A stretch of DNA of 62,021 nucleotides, filler included, from an uncultured Chlamydiae bacterium (GTDB lineage Bacteria > Chlamydiota > Chlamydiia > Chlamydiales > SM23-39): the NCBI GenBank assembly GCA_937899275.1. It is 3 parts of 3 records of this genome, joined end to end, with 100 filler letters (N's around TTAATTAATTAA, not from the genome) between each part and the next. Parts side by side here need not be neighbours in the genome. Positions count along the whole stretch, not along the records: positions 1 to 28,165 come from CALBPE010000111.1; 2 more parts are not named here. One strand, 5' to 3'. Below, piece by piece: positions 13,967-24,468 of this stretch. Below the pieces are notes generated by a model that saw nothing but the letters and a program-made list of their open reading frames with translations, ran no database searches and had not been told where the DNA came from. Position 1 is the stretch's first letter. Each line of letters starts with the position of its first letter. The position numbers were made by a program, and so were the translations under genes.

Positions 13967-15151
13967 TTACTCTATAATTTCCGATACTGTTCCAGCACCG
14001 ATGGTTCGACCACCTTCACGGATAGCAAAACGCATACCTTTTTCCATAGCCACAGGAGCGATCAGCTCACCGATAATCTCTACGTTATCACCAGGCATTA
14101 CCATTTCTGTACCTTCTGGAAGAGTAACAGTACCTGTTACGTCTGTAGTTCTGAAGAAAAACTGCGGTCTATACCCTGTGAAAAATGGCTTATGCCTTCC
14201 ACCTTCATCTTTATTCAAGACGTATACTGCACCTTTAAACTTTTTATGAGGCTTGCAAGTGCCTGGAGCAGCTAGGACCATTCCTCGCTCGATGTCACCT
14301 TTGTTAACACCACGTAGCAAGATACCTACGTTTTCTCCTGCTTGCGCTTCATCTAATAGTTTGTTGAACATTTCCAAACCGGTAGCAACGCTTGCTCTTG
14401 TATCTTTAATACCTACGATTTCTAATTTGTCGTTGATTTTGACAATTCCTCTTTCAACCCGGCCTGTAGCTACAGTACCTCGTCCAGAAATAGAAAAGAC
14501 ATCCTCAACAGGCATTAAGAAAGTCTCATCTGTTTTTCTAACAGGTGTTGGAATCTTTTCATCAACAGCTTTCATTAACTCTTTAATGCTTTCTACGTAT
14601 TTAGCATCGCCTTCTAGGGCTTTCAAAGCAGAACCGCGGATGATTGGCGTATCTGTATAGCCTTTTTCTTCTAGTAATTCGGTGATCTCCATTTCTACGA
14701 GATCTACAAGTTCTTCATCGCCTGCACCAATTTGGTCCATTTTGTTTAGGAAGACAACAACTTTAGGTACGCCTACCTGACGAGCAAGAAGGATGTGCTC
14801 TTTTGTTTGCGGCATCGGACCATCTGTTGCAGCAACAACGATGATCGATCCATCCATTTGAGCAGCGCCTGTGATCATGTTCTTTACATAATCGGCGTGT
14901 CCCGGGCAATCTACGTGCGCATAGTGACGACCGTCTGTTTCATACTCGACATGAGAGGTGTTAATAGTAATACCTCTTGCTTTTTCTTCTGGAGCATTGT
15001 CAATACCAGCGTAATCACGAAATTTTGCTTTGCCCTCTTCGGCTAATACTTTTGTGATCGCTGCAGTAAGTGTTGTTTTGCCGTGGTCCACGTGTCCAAT
15101 CGTTCCAATATTGACGTGCGGCTTATTCCTTTTGAATGCTTCTTTGGCCAT
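13967..15151 (-). CDS. tuf: Elongation factor Tu
   Basis: [31 protein letters not shown]. Confidence 0.99.
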   Translation of the reverse strand: MAKEAFKRNKPHVNIGTIGHVDHGKTTLTAAITKVLAEEGKAKFRDYAGIDNAPEEKARGITINTSHVEYETDGRHYAHVDCPGHADYVKNMITGAAQMDGSIIVVAATDGPMPQTKEHILLARQVGVPKVVVFLNKMDQIGAGDEELVDLVEMEITELLEEKGYTDTPIIRGSALKALEGDAKYVESIKELMKAVDEKIPTPVRKTDETFLMPVEDVFSISGRGTVATGRVERGIVKINDKLEIVGIKDTRASVATGLEMFNKLLDEAQAGENVGILLRGVNKGDIERGMVLAAPGTCKPHKKFKGAVYVLNKDEGGRHKPFFTGYRPQFFFRTTDVTGTVTLPEGTEMVMPGDNVEIIGELIAPVAMEKGMRFAIREGGRTIGAGTVSEIIE

Positions 15152-15200
15152 TGCTAATTATCCTCCGTTAGGGGCTATTTTTTTTCATCCGATACTGTTT

Positions 15201-15272
15201 TGCCCAAGATAGGAATTGAACCTACGACCCCTTGCTTACCATGCAAGTGCTCTACCCCTGAGCTACCTGGGC
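15201..15272 (-). tRNA. tRNA-Thr (GGT)
   Basis: GCCCAGG acceptor, CTTGC-ATGGTAA-GCAAG anticodon arm, GGTTCAATTCC T-loop. Confidence 0.95.
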
Positions 15273-15381
15273 ATTGATTAAGTAGAACCTTCTACTTAAA
15301 AGTCTGTAAGTGTAGATCAATAAATAAATAAAATCAATATCTACAACGTCCAGTCCCAAGAAAACACTGGTTGCAATAAAA

Positions 15382-15603
15382 TTATTTTTGACGATAAACG
15401 ATGCGAGCTTTGGAAAGATCATAGGGAGACATTTCAACAGTCACCGTATCACCTACGTACACACGAATATTTTTCATACGCATTTTGCCGCACAAATGGG
15501 CAATCACACGCATGCCGTTGTTTTTCAGTAGAACCCGAAAACTCATATTCGGTAAAAGCTCCTCGACTTCGCCGTCAAGTTTTATTGCTTCTTCTTTAGC
15601 CAT
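15382..15603 (-). CDS. infA: Translation initiation factor IF-1
   Basis: [18 protein letters not shown]...GKMR...[21 protein letters not shown]. Confidence 0.98.
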   Translation of the reverse strand: MAKEEAIKLDGEVEELLPNMSFRVLLKNNGMRVIAHLCGKMRMKNIRVYVGDTVTVEMSPYDLSKARIVYRQK

Positions 15604-15787
15604 ATATTCCAATTTTAAGTATGGGAAATGCATTTAATAAAAACGCATTTTTTGGTTAATGTCAATAAAAAAACTACACTTGCTTTTCAAAAGCAAGCAA
15701 CTAGTAATAAAATTTTTCTTCTCACCTTTTCCAAGAACTTATTTTGGAAAAATTGAGATAAACTCTCTTTTCTACTATACTTTGCCT

Positions 15788-16213
15788 ATGGAAAAAATAG
15801 AAGAACGAATCGCATTTGTCGAAGAATTATTTACTCAGTCTACAAACCGAGAAGAAGTATACAAACGTTTAATGGAGCTAGGAAAAACCCTACCCTCTTT
15901 ACAGGAACAAAAAAAAACGGCAAATAACCGCATCCCTGGCTGCCAAAGCATCACTCACCTATCGGTCACCTTGCAAAAGGGACGGTGCATCATTGAGGGG
16001 GACTCCGATGCGCTAATTTCCAAAGGCCTTGTTTATCTTGTCATCTCGATATATAGCGGTCTATCACCAAAAGAGATCTTACTGCATAAACCTACGTTTT
16101 TAAACGACTATATCTCAGCCGCCTTGTCGATGAATCGATCGGAAGGTTTGGGGCAAATGCTTCTTTTCCTAAAGAGAAAAGCGGTAGAAGCGCTTCAAAA
16201 AGAGTCCATTTGA
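15788..16213 (+). CDS. sufE: SufE family sulfur-acceptor protein
   Basis: YKRLMELGKTLP, IPGCQS, DSDALISKGL, RSEGL motifs; start reassigned to MEKIEER. Confidence 0.88.
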   Translation: MEKIEERIAFVEELFTQSTNREEVYKRLMELGKTLPSLQEQKKTANNRIPGCQSITHLSVTLQKGRCIIEGDSDALISKGLVYLVISIYSGLSPKEILLHKPTFLNDYISAALSMNRSEGLGQMLLFLKRKAVEALQKESI

Positions 16214-17256
16214 TGAACGGCATAAAAGATCCAAGGGAAAAACGGCACGTTTTTAACGCAAAATGGCACCCTGGAATTTTTTCATTCCAAGAAAAAAGGC
16301 GTCTATTGAAACGATTCCTTAGAATCGTATTTTTTCCTGTAACTCTCTCGGCGCTTCTTTTCAAAAGGATCTGTAGATCCTTAATTCTTCCTTCAAGCAA
16401 CTACCGCAAAAAAGAGGTACGAACAACGGCAGACATTTTTTTAGATCGCTGGTCTTTGCGCGCTGAAACCTCTCTACAGCGTTTTTTTTCTATTGATCTG
16501 TTGACGCTGCACACTCCAGACGGCATCGCTTTATCTGGTGTTTATTACAACGCAAAAAAGCGGATTGCAAATACTCCTGTGGTGATTCTATTTCAATCCA
16601 ATTCCTCTTTAATGCAGCATGGCGAGTATGACTGGCTTTTAGAAGAGTGTGCAAAAAAAGAACTAGCTATCGATTTTGTTAGCTTTGATTATAGAGGATG
16701 CGGCGAGTCTCCAGGTAAAGCAAAGCGGATAAACGACCTCGTTCTAGACGGCGATGCAGCATATCAGTATGTAAAAGAAAAACGACAACTAGCAGATGAG
16801 CGCATTTTTTTCTACGGTCATTCTTTAGGGGGGTGCATTAGCACACTTGTACAGTCTTTATATCCAGAAAAAGCGATTAAAGCGGTCAATGAACGCTCTT
16901 TTTCTTCTGTAGACAAGCTACTTGTAAAGCGCTATAGACGCGCCGGTAGGTTGTTATCTTTCCTTGCCAAAAGGCTTTCTTGGAACGCATCTCCTGCAGA
17001 TATATGGCCTAATCTTCGAGGAAAAAACCTCATCATTTTTCAGAAAGATGATGAGATTATCCCTTTTTCCGCCTCGTTATTTTACGCGCTAAAAAGCCGC
17101 TCTACCAAAAATCTGCACTACATCGAGCTTATAGCAGAAGACCATACCAAAAAACACCCCTTTCACCATTCTATGCCCTTATCAAATTATTTAGATAAGA
17201 GAACAAAACAATGCGCAGAGCAAAGCGTTTTTAACTTTTTACTTAATGAAAACTAA
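16210..17256 (+). CDS. Alpha/beta hydrolase (chlamydial lipase/esterase-like)
   Basis: FDYRGCGES, nucleophile elbow GHSLGG, DEIIP, C-terminal His. Confidence 0.85.
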   Translation: MMNGIKDPREKRHVFNAKWHPGIFSFQEKRRLLKRFLRIVFFPVTLSALLFKRICRSLILPSSNYRKKEVRTTADIFLDRWSLRAETSLQRFFSIDLLTLHTPDGIALSGVYYNAKKRIANTPVVILFQSNSSLMQHGEYDWLLEECAKKELAIDFVSFDYRGCGESPGKAKRINDLVLDGDAAYQYVKEKRQLADERIFFYGHSLGGCISTLVQSLYPEKAIKAVNERSFSSVDKLLVKRYRRAGRLLSFLAKRLSWNASPADIWPNLRGKNLIIFQKDDEIIPFSASLFYALKSRSTKNLHYIELIAEDHTKKHPFHHSMPLSNYLDKRTKQCAEQSVFNFLLNEN

Positions 17257-17258
17257 GG

Positions 17259-18980
17259 TCACCGCTGTAACGCTCGTAAAAGTGCAGAAGCTGCACTTAC
17301 CCGCAAAATAGCAAATGGCTCCTCAAGCGCTTCTAGAAAAAAAGGGGCTTCCTGTTTTTTCATCACTTGACCTAATGCATCTAGTATTTGCTTTTTTCTT
17401 TCATGCGTTTGTGCAAAATAGGCTTTTTTCAAAACGTCTTTTCCCCGCTTTTCTTTTCCAATAAAAGCAAGTACCATGGCCGCTTGCAGCTGCAACGCAT
17501 CTTCGTTACTATCTAAAAGATCTTGTATGAGCGCATTTGCCGTCTCCCCTTCTTCTTTAAGCAAAAGACTGGCAGCAAAACTGCTAATACCCCACGCTTT
17601 TTTCTGTAGAAAGGCCTGCATCGCTTCTTTTGCACGAGGGTCTTGTACAGCTGCTAAAAAAGAAAGGAGCTTCAACTGGGCGATACTATCTAAAACATCG
17701 GGATAGTTCGCTACCTGCGGAATATAAGGCGCTTTAGACGCGTGAAACATAGAAAAAGGCAAATGACTACAAGATCCGTAATCCCAAAGCTCTGTTTTTT
17801 TCATAAAAAAACTGTATAGAGCATCTGCTGCTTTTGGGACCTCCTCTCGCTGGCCGATAAGAGCTGCTGCGAGATGCACTTTAACATATGGATCAAAGGT
17901 TTGGTCGATGTATTTTTTTGCAAGCACCACCCCTTTTGCGCCTAAAGATTGTATTGCAGCGCTTGCAAATCTTCGCCTATCTTTGGAAGAAGAGAGTAAA
18001 GCCTCTTCCAAGTGATCTAACCCAGAAGGAGAGTCAAATAAAGAAAGCGCCCAACAAGCTGTGATCGCTACAGCGGGATGCACATCTTCTAAAAGAGGTT
18101 GTATACAATCGTCAGCTTCTTTTTTACTCAGATCTTTCCAGACATAAACAAGCGCTTTTATCGCAGCAATACGCACCTTAGCTTTGGGATCTTGCAGTAA
18201 AGAAAGGATTTCTTTTTTCCCCTCTTTTTTCTCCCAATACTCACATAAAGCGCATGCTAAAAGGCGCAGTTCTACTTTTGGGCTTTGACTGAGCTGCTGA
18301 ATCTGCTTTTTATCCACACCTTCGTATAGCTGCACAAGCGACTGAATCGCCAGGTGTTTTTCTTCAAAAGTGGTCCGGGGATTTTCTAACAGCTCTTGAA
18401 GGTACTTCGCTTCTTGTTGTATCTGCATTTTTCCAATAGCTTTGATCAGCTCAGAACGAACAAGCCAGTTGGATTCTTGATGCAGTTTTCTTTGGATCTT
18501 CTTTTTTAACGCGCCGTCTTTATAATTACTTGCCAGCTGAATTGCAATCGATCGTAAAATCGCATTCGAATCATCCATACCCTGCAGTAGCAGGGCAACT
18601 GATTTTCTATCATTAGCAAAATACGCTCCAATCATTGCATGAAGACGGATGGCGTACTGGGAAGATCGATGCGCTTTTTCCAGTTCGCTCCAAGCGATCT
18701 CTTCTAAAAGAGCGTCATTTTGCGAGGGCAATAAGCGGTATTCTTCCAACGCTTTTTTTGTATCACCTAACCGGGCAAGAGCAGTCACATATAAATCTTT
18801 TAAGGCGGTTTTTTCTGGGTAGATAGCTAGAGCGCTTTCTATCTCTTTTTTTGCCGCTAAAGGATCATCAATAATAAAATATGCATGAATTTTTCTTATA
18901 GACTGCGCAAAAGGCTCTCCCTGTAGGACAGCTACGCCCATCATCAATACAATGAACAGCTTCATATAGATTTCAGGCAT
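17259..18980 (-). CDS. HEAT-repeat protein with signal-peptide-like N-terminus
   Basis: Recurring LLxDxxxxVRxAA-type units, e.g. LLQDPKAKVRIAAIKAL. Confidence 0.8.
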   Translation of the reverse strand: MPEIYMKLFIVLMMGVAVLQGEPFAQSIRKIHAYFIIDDPLAAKKEIESALAIYPEKTALKDLYVTALARLGDTKKALEEYRLLPSQNDALLEEIAWSELEKAHRSSQYAIRLHAMIGAYFANDRKSVALLLQGMDDSNAILRSIAIQLASNYKDGALKKKIQRKLHQESNWLVRSELIKAIGKMQIQQEAKYLQELLENPRTTFEEKHLAIQSLVQLYEGVDKKQIQQLSQSPKVELRLLACALCEYWEKKEGKKEILSLLQDPKAKVRIAAIKALVYVWKDLSKKEADDCIQPLLEDVHPAVAITACWALSLFDSPSGLDHLEEALLSSSKDRRRFASAAIQSLGAKGVVLAKKYIDQTFDPYVKVHLAAALIGQREEVPKAADALYSFFMKKTELWDYGSCSHLPFSMFHASKAPYIPQVANYPDVLDSIAQLKLLSFLAAVQDPRAKEAMQAFLQKKAWGISSFAASLLLKEEGETANALIQDLLDSNEDALQLQAAMVLAFIGKEKRGKDVLKKAYFAQTHERKKQILDALGQVMKKQEAPFFLEALEEPFAILRVSAASALLRALQR

Positions 18981-19044
18981 ATCGGTTATAAAGCCTGCCT
19001 ATAGCCTAGAGTAAAAAATCTACAAAGGATTGTACAGAAAAAGA

Positions 19045-19911
19045 TTACAGCTCTTGCAGAGCTAAATGCATCGCTTGATATGCATCTTCCTTAGTTTTCC
19101 AAATCGAGATGAAGCGACCCTTATGGCAAAAAATCGAACCTGGAATGCCCGTTACCTTAACGAGATCTTCATCGTGAAGACCTGCCCACTTTTCTGGCAG
19201 GGGCTGTCTAGTCTTCATCCGGTCTTTTAACGTAGGAGGAATCCCTCGAAGCTTCCAATGCTCGCCTGTTGGCATAATTACAAATACAGCAGGGTGTTTT
19301 TCTCCCCCTAGCAAGAAAAAGTTTTCCATCCAAGGAAGAGGCTCGCTAAACTCCAAATACTTTGCAGAAGATTGCATAGCTAGCTCCACCTTCTCTTTAC
19401 AGCTAAGGGTATATTCATACCGCTTTTTCAAACGCTGTAAATGGCTCATTACAAACTGTAGAGCCCGGCTAAATGCTTCATCCATCTCTTTTTTTCCAGC
19501 GGTTTGTTCTACCGGTACAAAATTGGAAATGACCTGCGAAAAAGAACAAAAACCGATTTCGACTTTAGCAAGGCCGTTATCATGAGCATCTACACCTAAA
19601 ATCAAAGATCGATTGAAGTAATCATATAAAGAAGGGGTTAAAATCTGCTCTTCTTTCAAGTATTTCAAAACCATACCCGCACTAGATAAAGTGCCTTGAT
19701 AGCTTACCTGATGATGATCGAAACGCTTGAGTTTAGGGTCATATATCCCCCCCACATCGCATACATACTCGCACTGCACTAGGGTGTTGGGATCTCTTGT
19801 TCTACAAATTTTATCTGGATCAATTTGATCAAATAAGATCAGTAAAGCAGAGGCGGTTACCTCATCTGCATGAAAAGAGCCATCATGTGTACCTAAACTT
19901 CGCGCGCGCAT
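19045..19911 (-). CDS. MYG1-family (DHH-like) exonuclease/hydrolase
   Basis: GTHDGSFHADE, DVGG, FDHHQ, LSSAG, FCHKGRFI motifs. Confidence 0.92.
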   Translation of the reverse strand: MRARSLGTHDGSFHADEVTASALLILFDQIDPDKICRTRDPNTLVQCEYVCDVGGIYDPKLKRFDHHQVSYQGTLSSAGMVLKYLKEEQILTPSLYDYFNRSLILGVDAHDNGLAKVEIGFCSFSQVISNFVPVEQTAGKKEMDEAFSRALQFVMSHLQRLKKRYEYTLSCKEKVELAMQSSAKYLEFSEPLPWMENFFLLGGEKHPAVFVIMPTGEHWKLRGIPPTLKDRMKTRQPLPEKWAGLHDEDLVKVTGIPGSIFCHKGRFISIWKTKEDAYQAMHLALQEL

Positions 19912-20046
19912 TATTCCCCTAAGATACTTCAAAAGCTCTTCATTTTACGAAACCAGCGCTTTTTCAGCTATCATTAATCGAGTCTAAGATGCAGAATAGC
20001 CCCTTTGACTATGGAGTAATAAAAATATCCAATTTTGCTTATCTAC

Positions 20047-20086
20047 AAAAAAGGACTATCGATAAGTTTTCTTATCAATAGTCCTT
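20047..20086 (-). terminator. Intrinsic terminator after the RING-like gene
   Basis: Near-perfect 16-bp stem AAGGACTATTGATAAG-AAAA-CTTATCGATAGTCCTT followed by a T-run on the minus strand. Confidence 0.7.
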
Positions 20087-20109
20087 AAACACAACGAGAA
20101 AATAGTGTA

Positions 20110-21159
20110 TTAAACAGCTGAAGCAGCTTGATTTTCAGAATTTGCAGACCTACTAGATGGCCTAGCAGAAGACCGGGCCTCTAAAGGCGCTTCTTTTCTC
20201 AAACGGGTAACTGTGTAATCTCCACTTTCACCAAAAACAAGCTCTCGGCCTTTATTGTACGTTTCGCTTACAACATAACACGTACCTTGATACACTCTGA
20301 TTAAAAACGTCCATGACCCATAAGCACATTGGTAAAATACTGATCCTACTCTTGACACAGCTTGTTGTTGGCTTTCAGCTTGTAAAGCTCTATTTTCAGC
20401 TTCCAAAGAAGCGATTCGGCGAAATAAATGTGCAATCACTCGATCTCTCATCAAAACACGCCGTGCACTAGCATCGAGCGCACTCTGCGCGCCTTGAAGG
20501 GACTTTTTAAGTAAATTATTTTGTATATCCAATTTTTTTAACAAATCTTGAACGGGCTTATCTACTGAACTAGCAACTTGCTTGATAAGTGCTGTTTGCT
20601 CTTTCGATTCAGCTTGCTCCTCCTTCCTTGAGCCTATATCAGAAATAACAGGTAGAGCACTTAAAACACGCCTTGTAAAAGGATCAATTGGTCTCTGATT
20701 ATAAGATATAGGCACTCCGTCGCAAGGAGAAGGCATATGTTTAGGATAAAGATTTTTTTCTCTTGCTTCTGTCCTTGACTCTTCAAAGCATTTTTTGTGA
20801 AATAGATTCCCACGTTTGGTGGCTATTATTGGTTCAACATACTGACCGTCTCTACGCGCTAAGAGCCGCTTAAATAATTCGCAACATTTATCGCATCTTC
20901 TTGAATCCCGTTTTTTAAAAACCTTAAAAGTCATTTTTGTTGGAAGAAATGCTGTTTTTGGTATATTTTCCCGACTTATAGGGCATAAAACCTCGCCTTT
21001 ATTTTTGTTAGATCTATGATTACAATAGTTTATCCAACACGATTTGTGAAATATATTACCGGTTGCATTAGTGACTAAATTTGTTGTTTTACTCTCTTTA
21101 TTTAAAAACACAGAATCGCAGCACATGCTACAGTTTCCTAAATTAATACACGATATCAT
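20110..21159 (-). CDS. Tandem degenerate RING-H2/U-box-like protein with coiled coil; candidate E3-ligase effector
   Basis: Two copies of CxxCC...GNxFHKxC...(C/S)P; TAGGAG RBS; own terminator. Confidence 0.7.
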   Translation of the reverse strand: MISCINLGNCSMCCDSVFLNKESKTTNLVTNATGNIFHKSCWINYCNHRSNKNKGEVLCPISRENIPKTAFLPTKMTFKVFKKRDSRRCDKCCELFKRLLARRDGQYVEPIIATKRGNLFHKKCFEESRTEAREKNLYPKHMPSPCDGVPISYNQRPIDPFTRRVLSALPVISDIGSRKEEQAESKEQTALIKQVASSVDKPVQDLLKKLDIQNNLLKKSLQGAQSALDASARRVLMRDRVIAHLFRRIASLEAENRALQAESQQQAVSRVGSVFYQCAYGSWTFLIRVYQGTCYVVSETYNKGRELVFGESGDYTVTRLRKEAPLEARSSARPSSRSANSENQAASAV

Positions 21160-21370
21160 ATAGATCTCCTAAAAATAATTTTTCGAAAAATTTAGTATAT
21201 AAAGAATTTTTTGTAAAAATATTTTTATTAAGTTTAAAAAATTTTAAACTTTGATTGTCAGATTGATCTATTCATCGTATTCTGCAAAAGCTCTGAAACG
21301 AATCGTATGCGAGGGTAGGCTTGTATTTTGTATTACTCAGATCAATATAAGTACTATTAAAAAAGTGGAT

Positions 21371-22558
21371 TTAAAATCCGTAAGAAAAACGGTACGCAAG
21401 ATAAGACGTGCGGTCTTTCATGAACTGACCTTCTAGAGAAAACCCTTTATGATATTCGATGAACATCCGCAGCTTTCTTCCTACACCTTTGAGTTGGCTG
21501 AACTCATAGCCGCCTAGAAAGGTGCCGTCAAAATCGTAGTTTAGGTATTCGTAAGTGCGGAAATGCGCTGCGAGAAAAAATGCACCAAATAGTCTTTGAT
21601 GAAGAAACTTCACACCACCAAAGCGGTATTCCCCTCCGTATTCTAAATAAAAAGGCTTCTGCGGAAAACTCGGGTCCGTATCAAACAGCCCGCCGCTACC
21701 TAAATACAGACGAAGAGAGCTTAACGCTTGGTAGGAAACGAAAAAATCGATGGCTTCAAAACTGGGGTTTTTTCTTACTACATCTGGACGGTTCACCATA
21801 AACTCGTCTCCCAGATGGGAAGAGATATGGTAGACTCTAAAGCGAAAAGACCAAGCATTTACCGCAGCTGTAATCGGAATTGCCACATAAAAATCGGTAT
21901 TCACAAGAGCAGGCCCCCCATTTAGATCTGGATGAGGATCCATATCAAAAATAGACCAAATGCCCGATTCGATGCTAATTTGCAGATCGCCACCCCAAAA
22001 TACATCTAACCACCGGTATAAAGGAAAATCATCCCCTAAAGAAATCGGTATTACATGATCTCCAATCACCTTGTCACCTTGCCGGTATCCAATAGAGTTG
22101 GTTACCTGTCTTGGATTGGCTACAAGAGGGAGAAATAATTGCGTCGTTTGGGGAAACCAGATCCCTTTCATTTTTGGCCAGTCGACATACTTCTCACGAA
22201 ATTTTTCTTCTTTTTTAGAAACTTTTTCCGCTTCATGAACCGCTTTTACCCCTGGTATATCCGCTACAAAAGAGAGTATGCTGCTTTTGGTTAACGCATT
22301 TTTGGGAAGATTTGCAAGATATACTGCATGCTCTTTTACAATCACCACCACCCGAAACTCATGATAGTGCATATCGATTAACGCTTGGATATACCCTTCA
22401 AAATATAAATCGGTTACATCATTGACTGAGTCTTCTGGAATATGATCTGCTCGACTTAAGAAAACGGCAATATCCTGATCTGTAACCGCATCTGGTATGG
22501 GCTGTTTTCCTGCAAAAAGAGCGCAGGATAGTAAGATAAACGATATAAAATATTTCAT
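21371..22558 (-). CDS. DUF1207-like exported/outer-membrane protein conserved in Chlamydiae
   Basis: Signal peptide; YHISSHLGDEF motif; C-terminal alternating aromatic residues ending in YGF. Confidence 0.8.
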   Translation of the reverse strand: MKYFISFILLSCALFAGKQPIPDAVTDQDIAVFLSRADHIPEDSVNDVTDLYFEGYIQALIDMHYHEFRVVVIVKEHAVYLANLPKNALTKSSILSFVADIPGVKAVHEAEKVSKKEEKFREKYVDWPKMKGIWFPQTTQLFLPLVANPRQVTNSIGYRQGDKVIGDHVIPISLGDDFPLYRWLDVFWGGDLQISIESGIWSIFDMDPHPDLNGGPALVNTDFYVAIPITAAVNAWSFRFRVYHISSHLGDEFMVNRPDVVRKNPSFEAIDFFVSYQALSSLRLYLGSGGLFDTDPSFPQKPFYLEYGGEYRFGGVKFLHQRLFGAFFLAAHFRTYEYLNYDFDGTFLGGYEFSQLKGVGRKLRMFIEYHKGFSLEGQFMKDRTSYLAYRFSYGF

Positions 22559-22626
22559 ATGATGTAGATGGATTTTTTCCCTTAGTTTCCATATACATTC
22601 TATGCAATAACAAAGAAAGAACTTTA

Positions 22627-23826
22627 TTAAGCGGGCGCTTCTAAACGACTAGGTGCAATATATACCGCCCCCAAAAGACAGATCAAAGCGCCTACGAAAA
22701 GCGCAGCAAATGGCCCAAAGCCTTTTACAAATACCGCACCTAGAAAAGGCGCTATAAGACCGCGAACACCGATCATAAGCACATTAGTTGCGGTAAACTG
22801 CGCGCTATTTTCTCCCTTAGAAAATACGGGACCAGAGATATTCCAGACAAGTTGACTGCCTCCTTGTGCAATCCCGTAAAAGATATACCCCACATAGAGC
22901 CATAGGATATGAAACGGGCTAAAAAAAAGACACAAAGGAAGCAAAGAAGCAAAAAGAAAGATCCAAGAAGATAAGCTAAAAATAGAAAATCTCTGCAAAA
23001 GTTTAGACCAAATGGGAGAAGAAAGCGCGATGCAAATTCCCTTCCAAGAGGTATAAGCAAGGCCAAAACGCACATAGGAAAGATCCAACACATCCACCAC
23101 AACTAATGTGATTGCCGGTTGAATAAACATCAGACCAAAACCGCAAAGCATAAAACCCCATTGAAATTTCGCAAAATCCTTTCTTGTGTCAAGAAGGTGT
23201 TGGAGTTTTTTCCAGGGATTTTTTACAAAAATCGTTCCTTTTTTGTGATCTGCACAAGCTACAGGTAGATAGGAAATAGCATAGATACCCAACAGGCTGA
23301 CAAGCGCACAAAACGCAAATAAATAGCTCCAATAAAATGGGCCTCGATCTAAAAGCCCTCCTAAAAGAACAGCTAATACCATCCCTTCTAGATAACCAAG
23401 TGCCACGCCCCAAGAAAACGCCGTTTGTTTTTTCTCCTTAGTCGTATTGATGCGGAGCATCTCAATCCAAGCAGGTTTTGCCGCGCGGTAAAATAGGATA
23501 TATAAGGTAGATGCTAAAATCAAAAAAGAGGGGTATGGAAAAAGAGGCAATCCTAAAAAAAGTACCCTTCCTAAAATACTTGCTAAGAGAAAATTTCTTT
23601 TTACTAGGTCAGGTCTTTCCTGAAGATGAGCGCCCCAGTAGTAAGATAAAATAGAAACAATAGGCTTCATGCTGACGAAGCACGCTATGGTAAACTCATC
23701 TACACCAAAATCTTTTCGTAAAATCATCGTACTAAAGCCGTACATAATAAATAACGGCTCATTAATTAAACTAGATAAAACAATCCAGAAAAGAGTTTGT
23801 TTCTCAAAAGGCTTTTCTTCGTTCAT
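22627..23826 (-). CDS. MFS transporter
   Basis: About 12 hydrophobic segments in 399 aa; GVRGLIAPFLG. Confidence 0.85.
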   Translation of the reverse strand: MNEEKPFEKQTLFWIVLSSLINEPLFIMYGFSTMILRKDFGVDEFTIACFVSMKPIVSILSYYWGAHLQERPDLVKRNFLLASILGRVLFLGLPLFPYPSFLILASTLYILFYRAAKPAWIEMLRINTTKEKKQTAFSWGVALGYLEGMVLAVLLGGLLDRGPFYWSYLFAFCALVSLLGIYAISYLPVACADHKKGTIFVKNPWKKLQHLLDTRKDFAKFQWGFMLCGFGLMFIQPAITLVVVDVLDLSYVRFGLAYTSWKGICIALSSPIWSKLLQRFSIFSLSSWIFLFASLLPLCLFFSPFHILWLYVGYIFYGIAQGGSQLVWNISGPVFSKGENSAQFTATNVLMIGVRGLIAPFLGAVFVKGFGPFAALFVGALICLLGAVYIAPSRLEAPA

Positions 23827-24050
23827 TTATTTAAAAACCATGAAACGATTTAATTAAAAGATCTTATACATGAAAATATATAAAAAATCTACTGAGAAGA
23901 AAGCTGCATCAATACTAAGCCCCCTTGCCTCTAACGCTTTTCCCATAAAAAAGACTTAAGCAAATTGGTATAGAATCAAACTACCTAAGCAAGATTCTAT
24001 GATAATGCTTTAACAGAAACAATTCATCTACTATGATAATAGTTTCCTTT

Positions 24051-24124
24051 GGGGCAGTAGCTCAGTCGGTTAGAGCAGCAGACTCATAATCCGTTGGTCG
24101 GGGGTTCAAGTCCCTCCTGCCCCA
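24051..24124 (+). tRNA. tRNA with CAT anticodon (Ile2-like, or elongator Met); integration target
   Basis: GGGGCAG/CTGCCCC acceptor, GCAGA-CTCATAA-TCCGT anticodon arm, GGTTCAAGTCC; lacks initiator-tRNA hallmarks. Confidence 0.93.
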
Positions 24125-24128
24125 CTTT
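24079..24128 (+). repeat. att-like direct repeat, copy 1 (3' part of the tRNA)
   Basis: CAGACTCATAATCCGTTGGTCGGGGGTTCAAGTCCCTCCTGCCCCACTTT is identical to 26291-26340. Confidence 0.95.
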
Positions 24129-24438
24129 TTTAAAGCGCCCATTTTCCTAAGATTATATGAACTGAAGATTGCTCAAAAACGAAGTTTCAATTTCCAATCC
24201 ACTTATTTACTAGAAATAACCCCTTGGTTTCATAGATCACTTCTACAATCAACGCTACCCTCACCATAGAGAGCATGTAGGCTCTTCATGCACTGCATTT
24301 GCACCTACACCCGTAGATATCCAATATGTAAATGGAGTTCGTTTAGTAATTTTTTAAAATCTAGAAGGAGCTTCGCTATTAGATGATCATAAGCACCGAC
24401 TTCGTTCCCAATAGGATCATTAAATGGCATAAATCCCC

Positions 24439-24468
24439 TTGAAAATAGATAGTTATTTATATTAAAAT
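24439..24468 (+). promoter_or_regulatory. Putative sigma66/sigma70 promoter of the ABC-F gene
   Basis: TTGAAA-N18-TAAAAT about 90 nt upstream of the ATG; AT-rich context lowers specificity. Confidence 0.35.
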
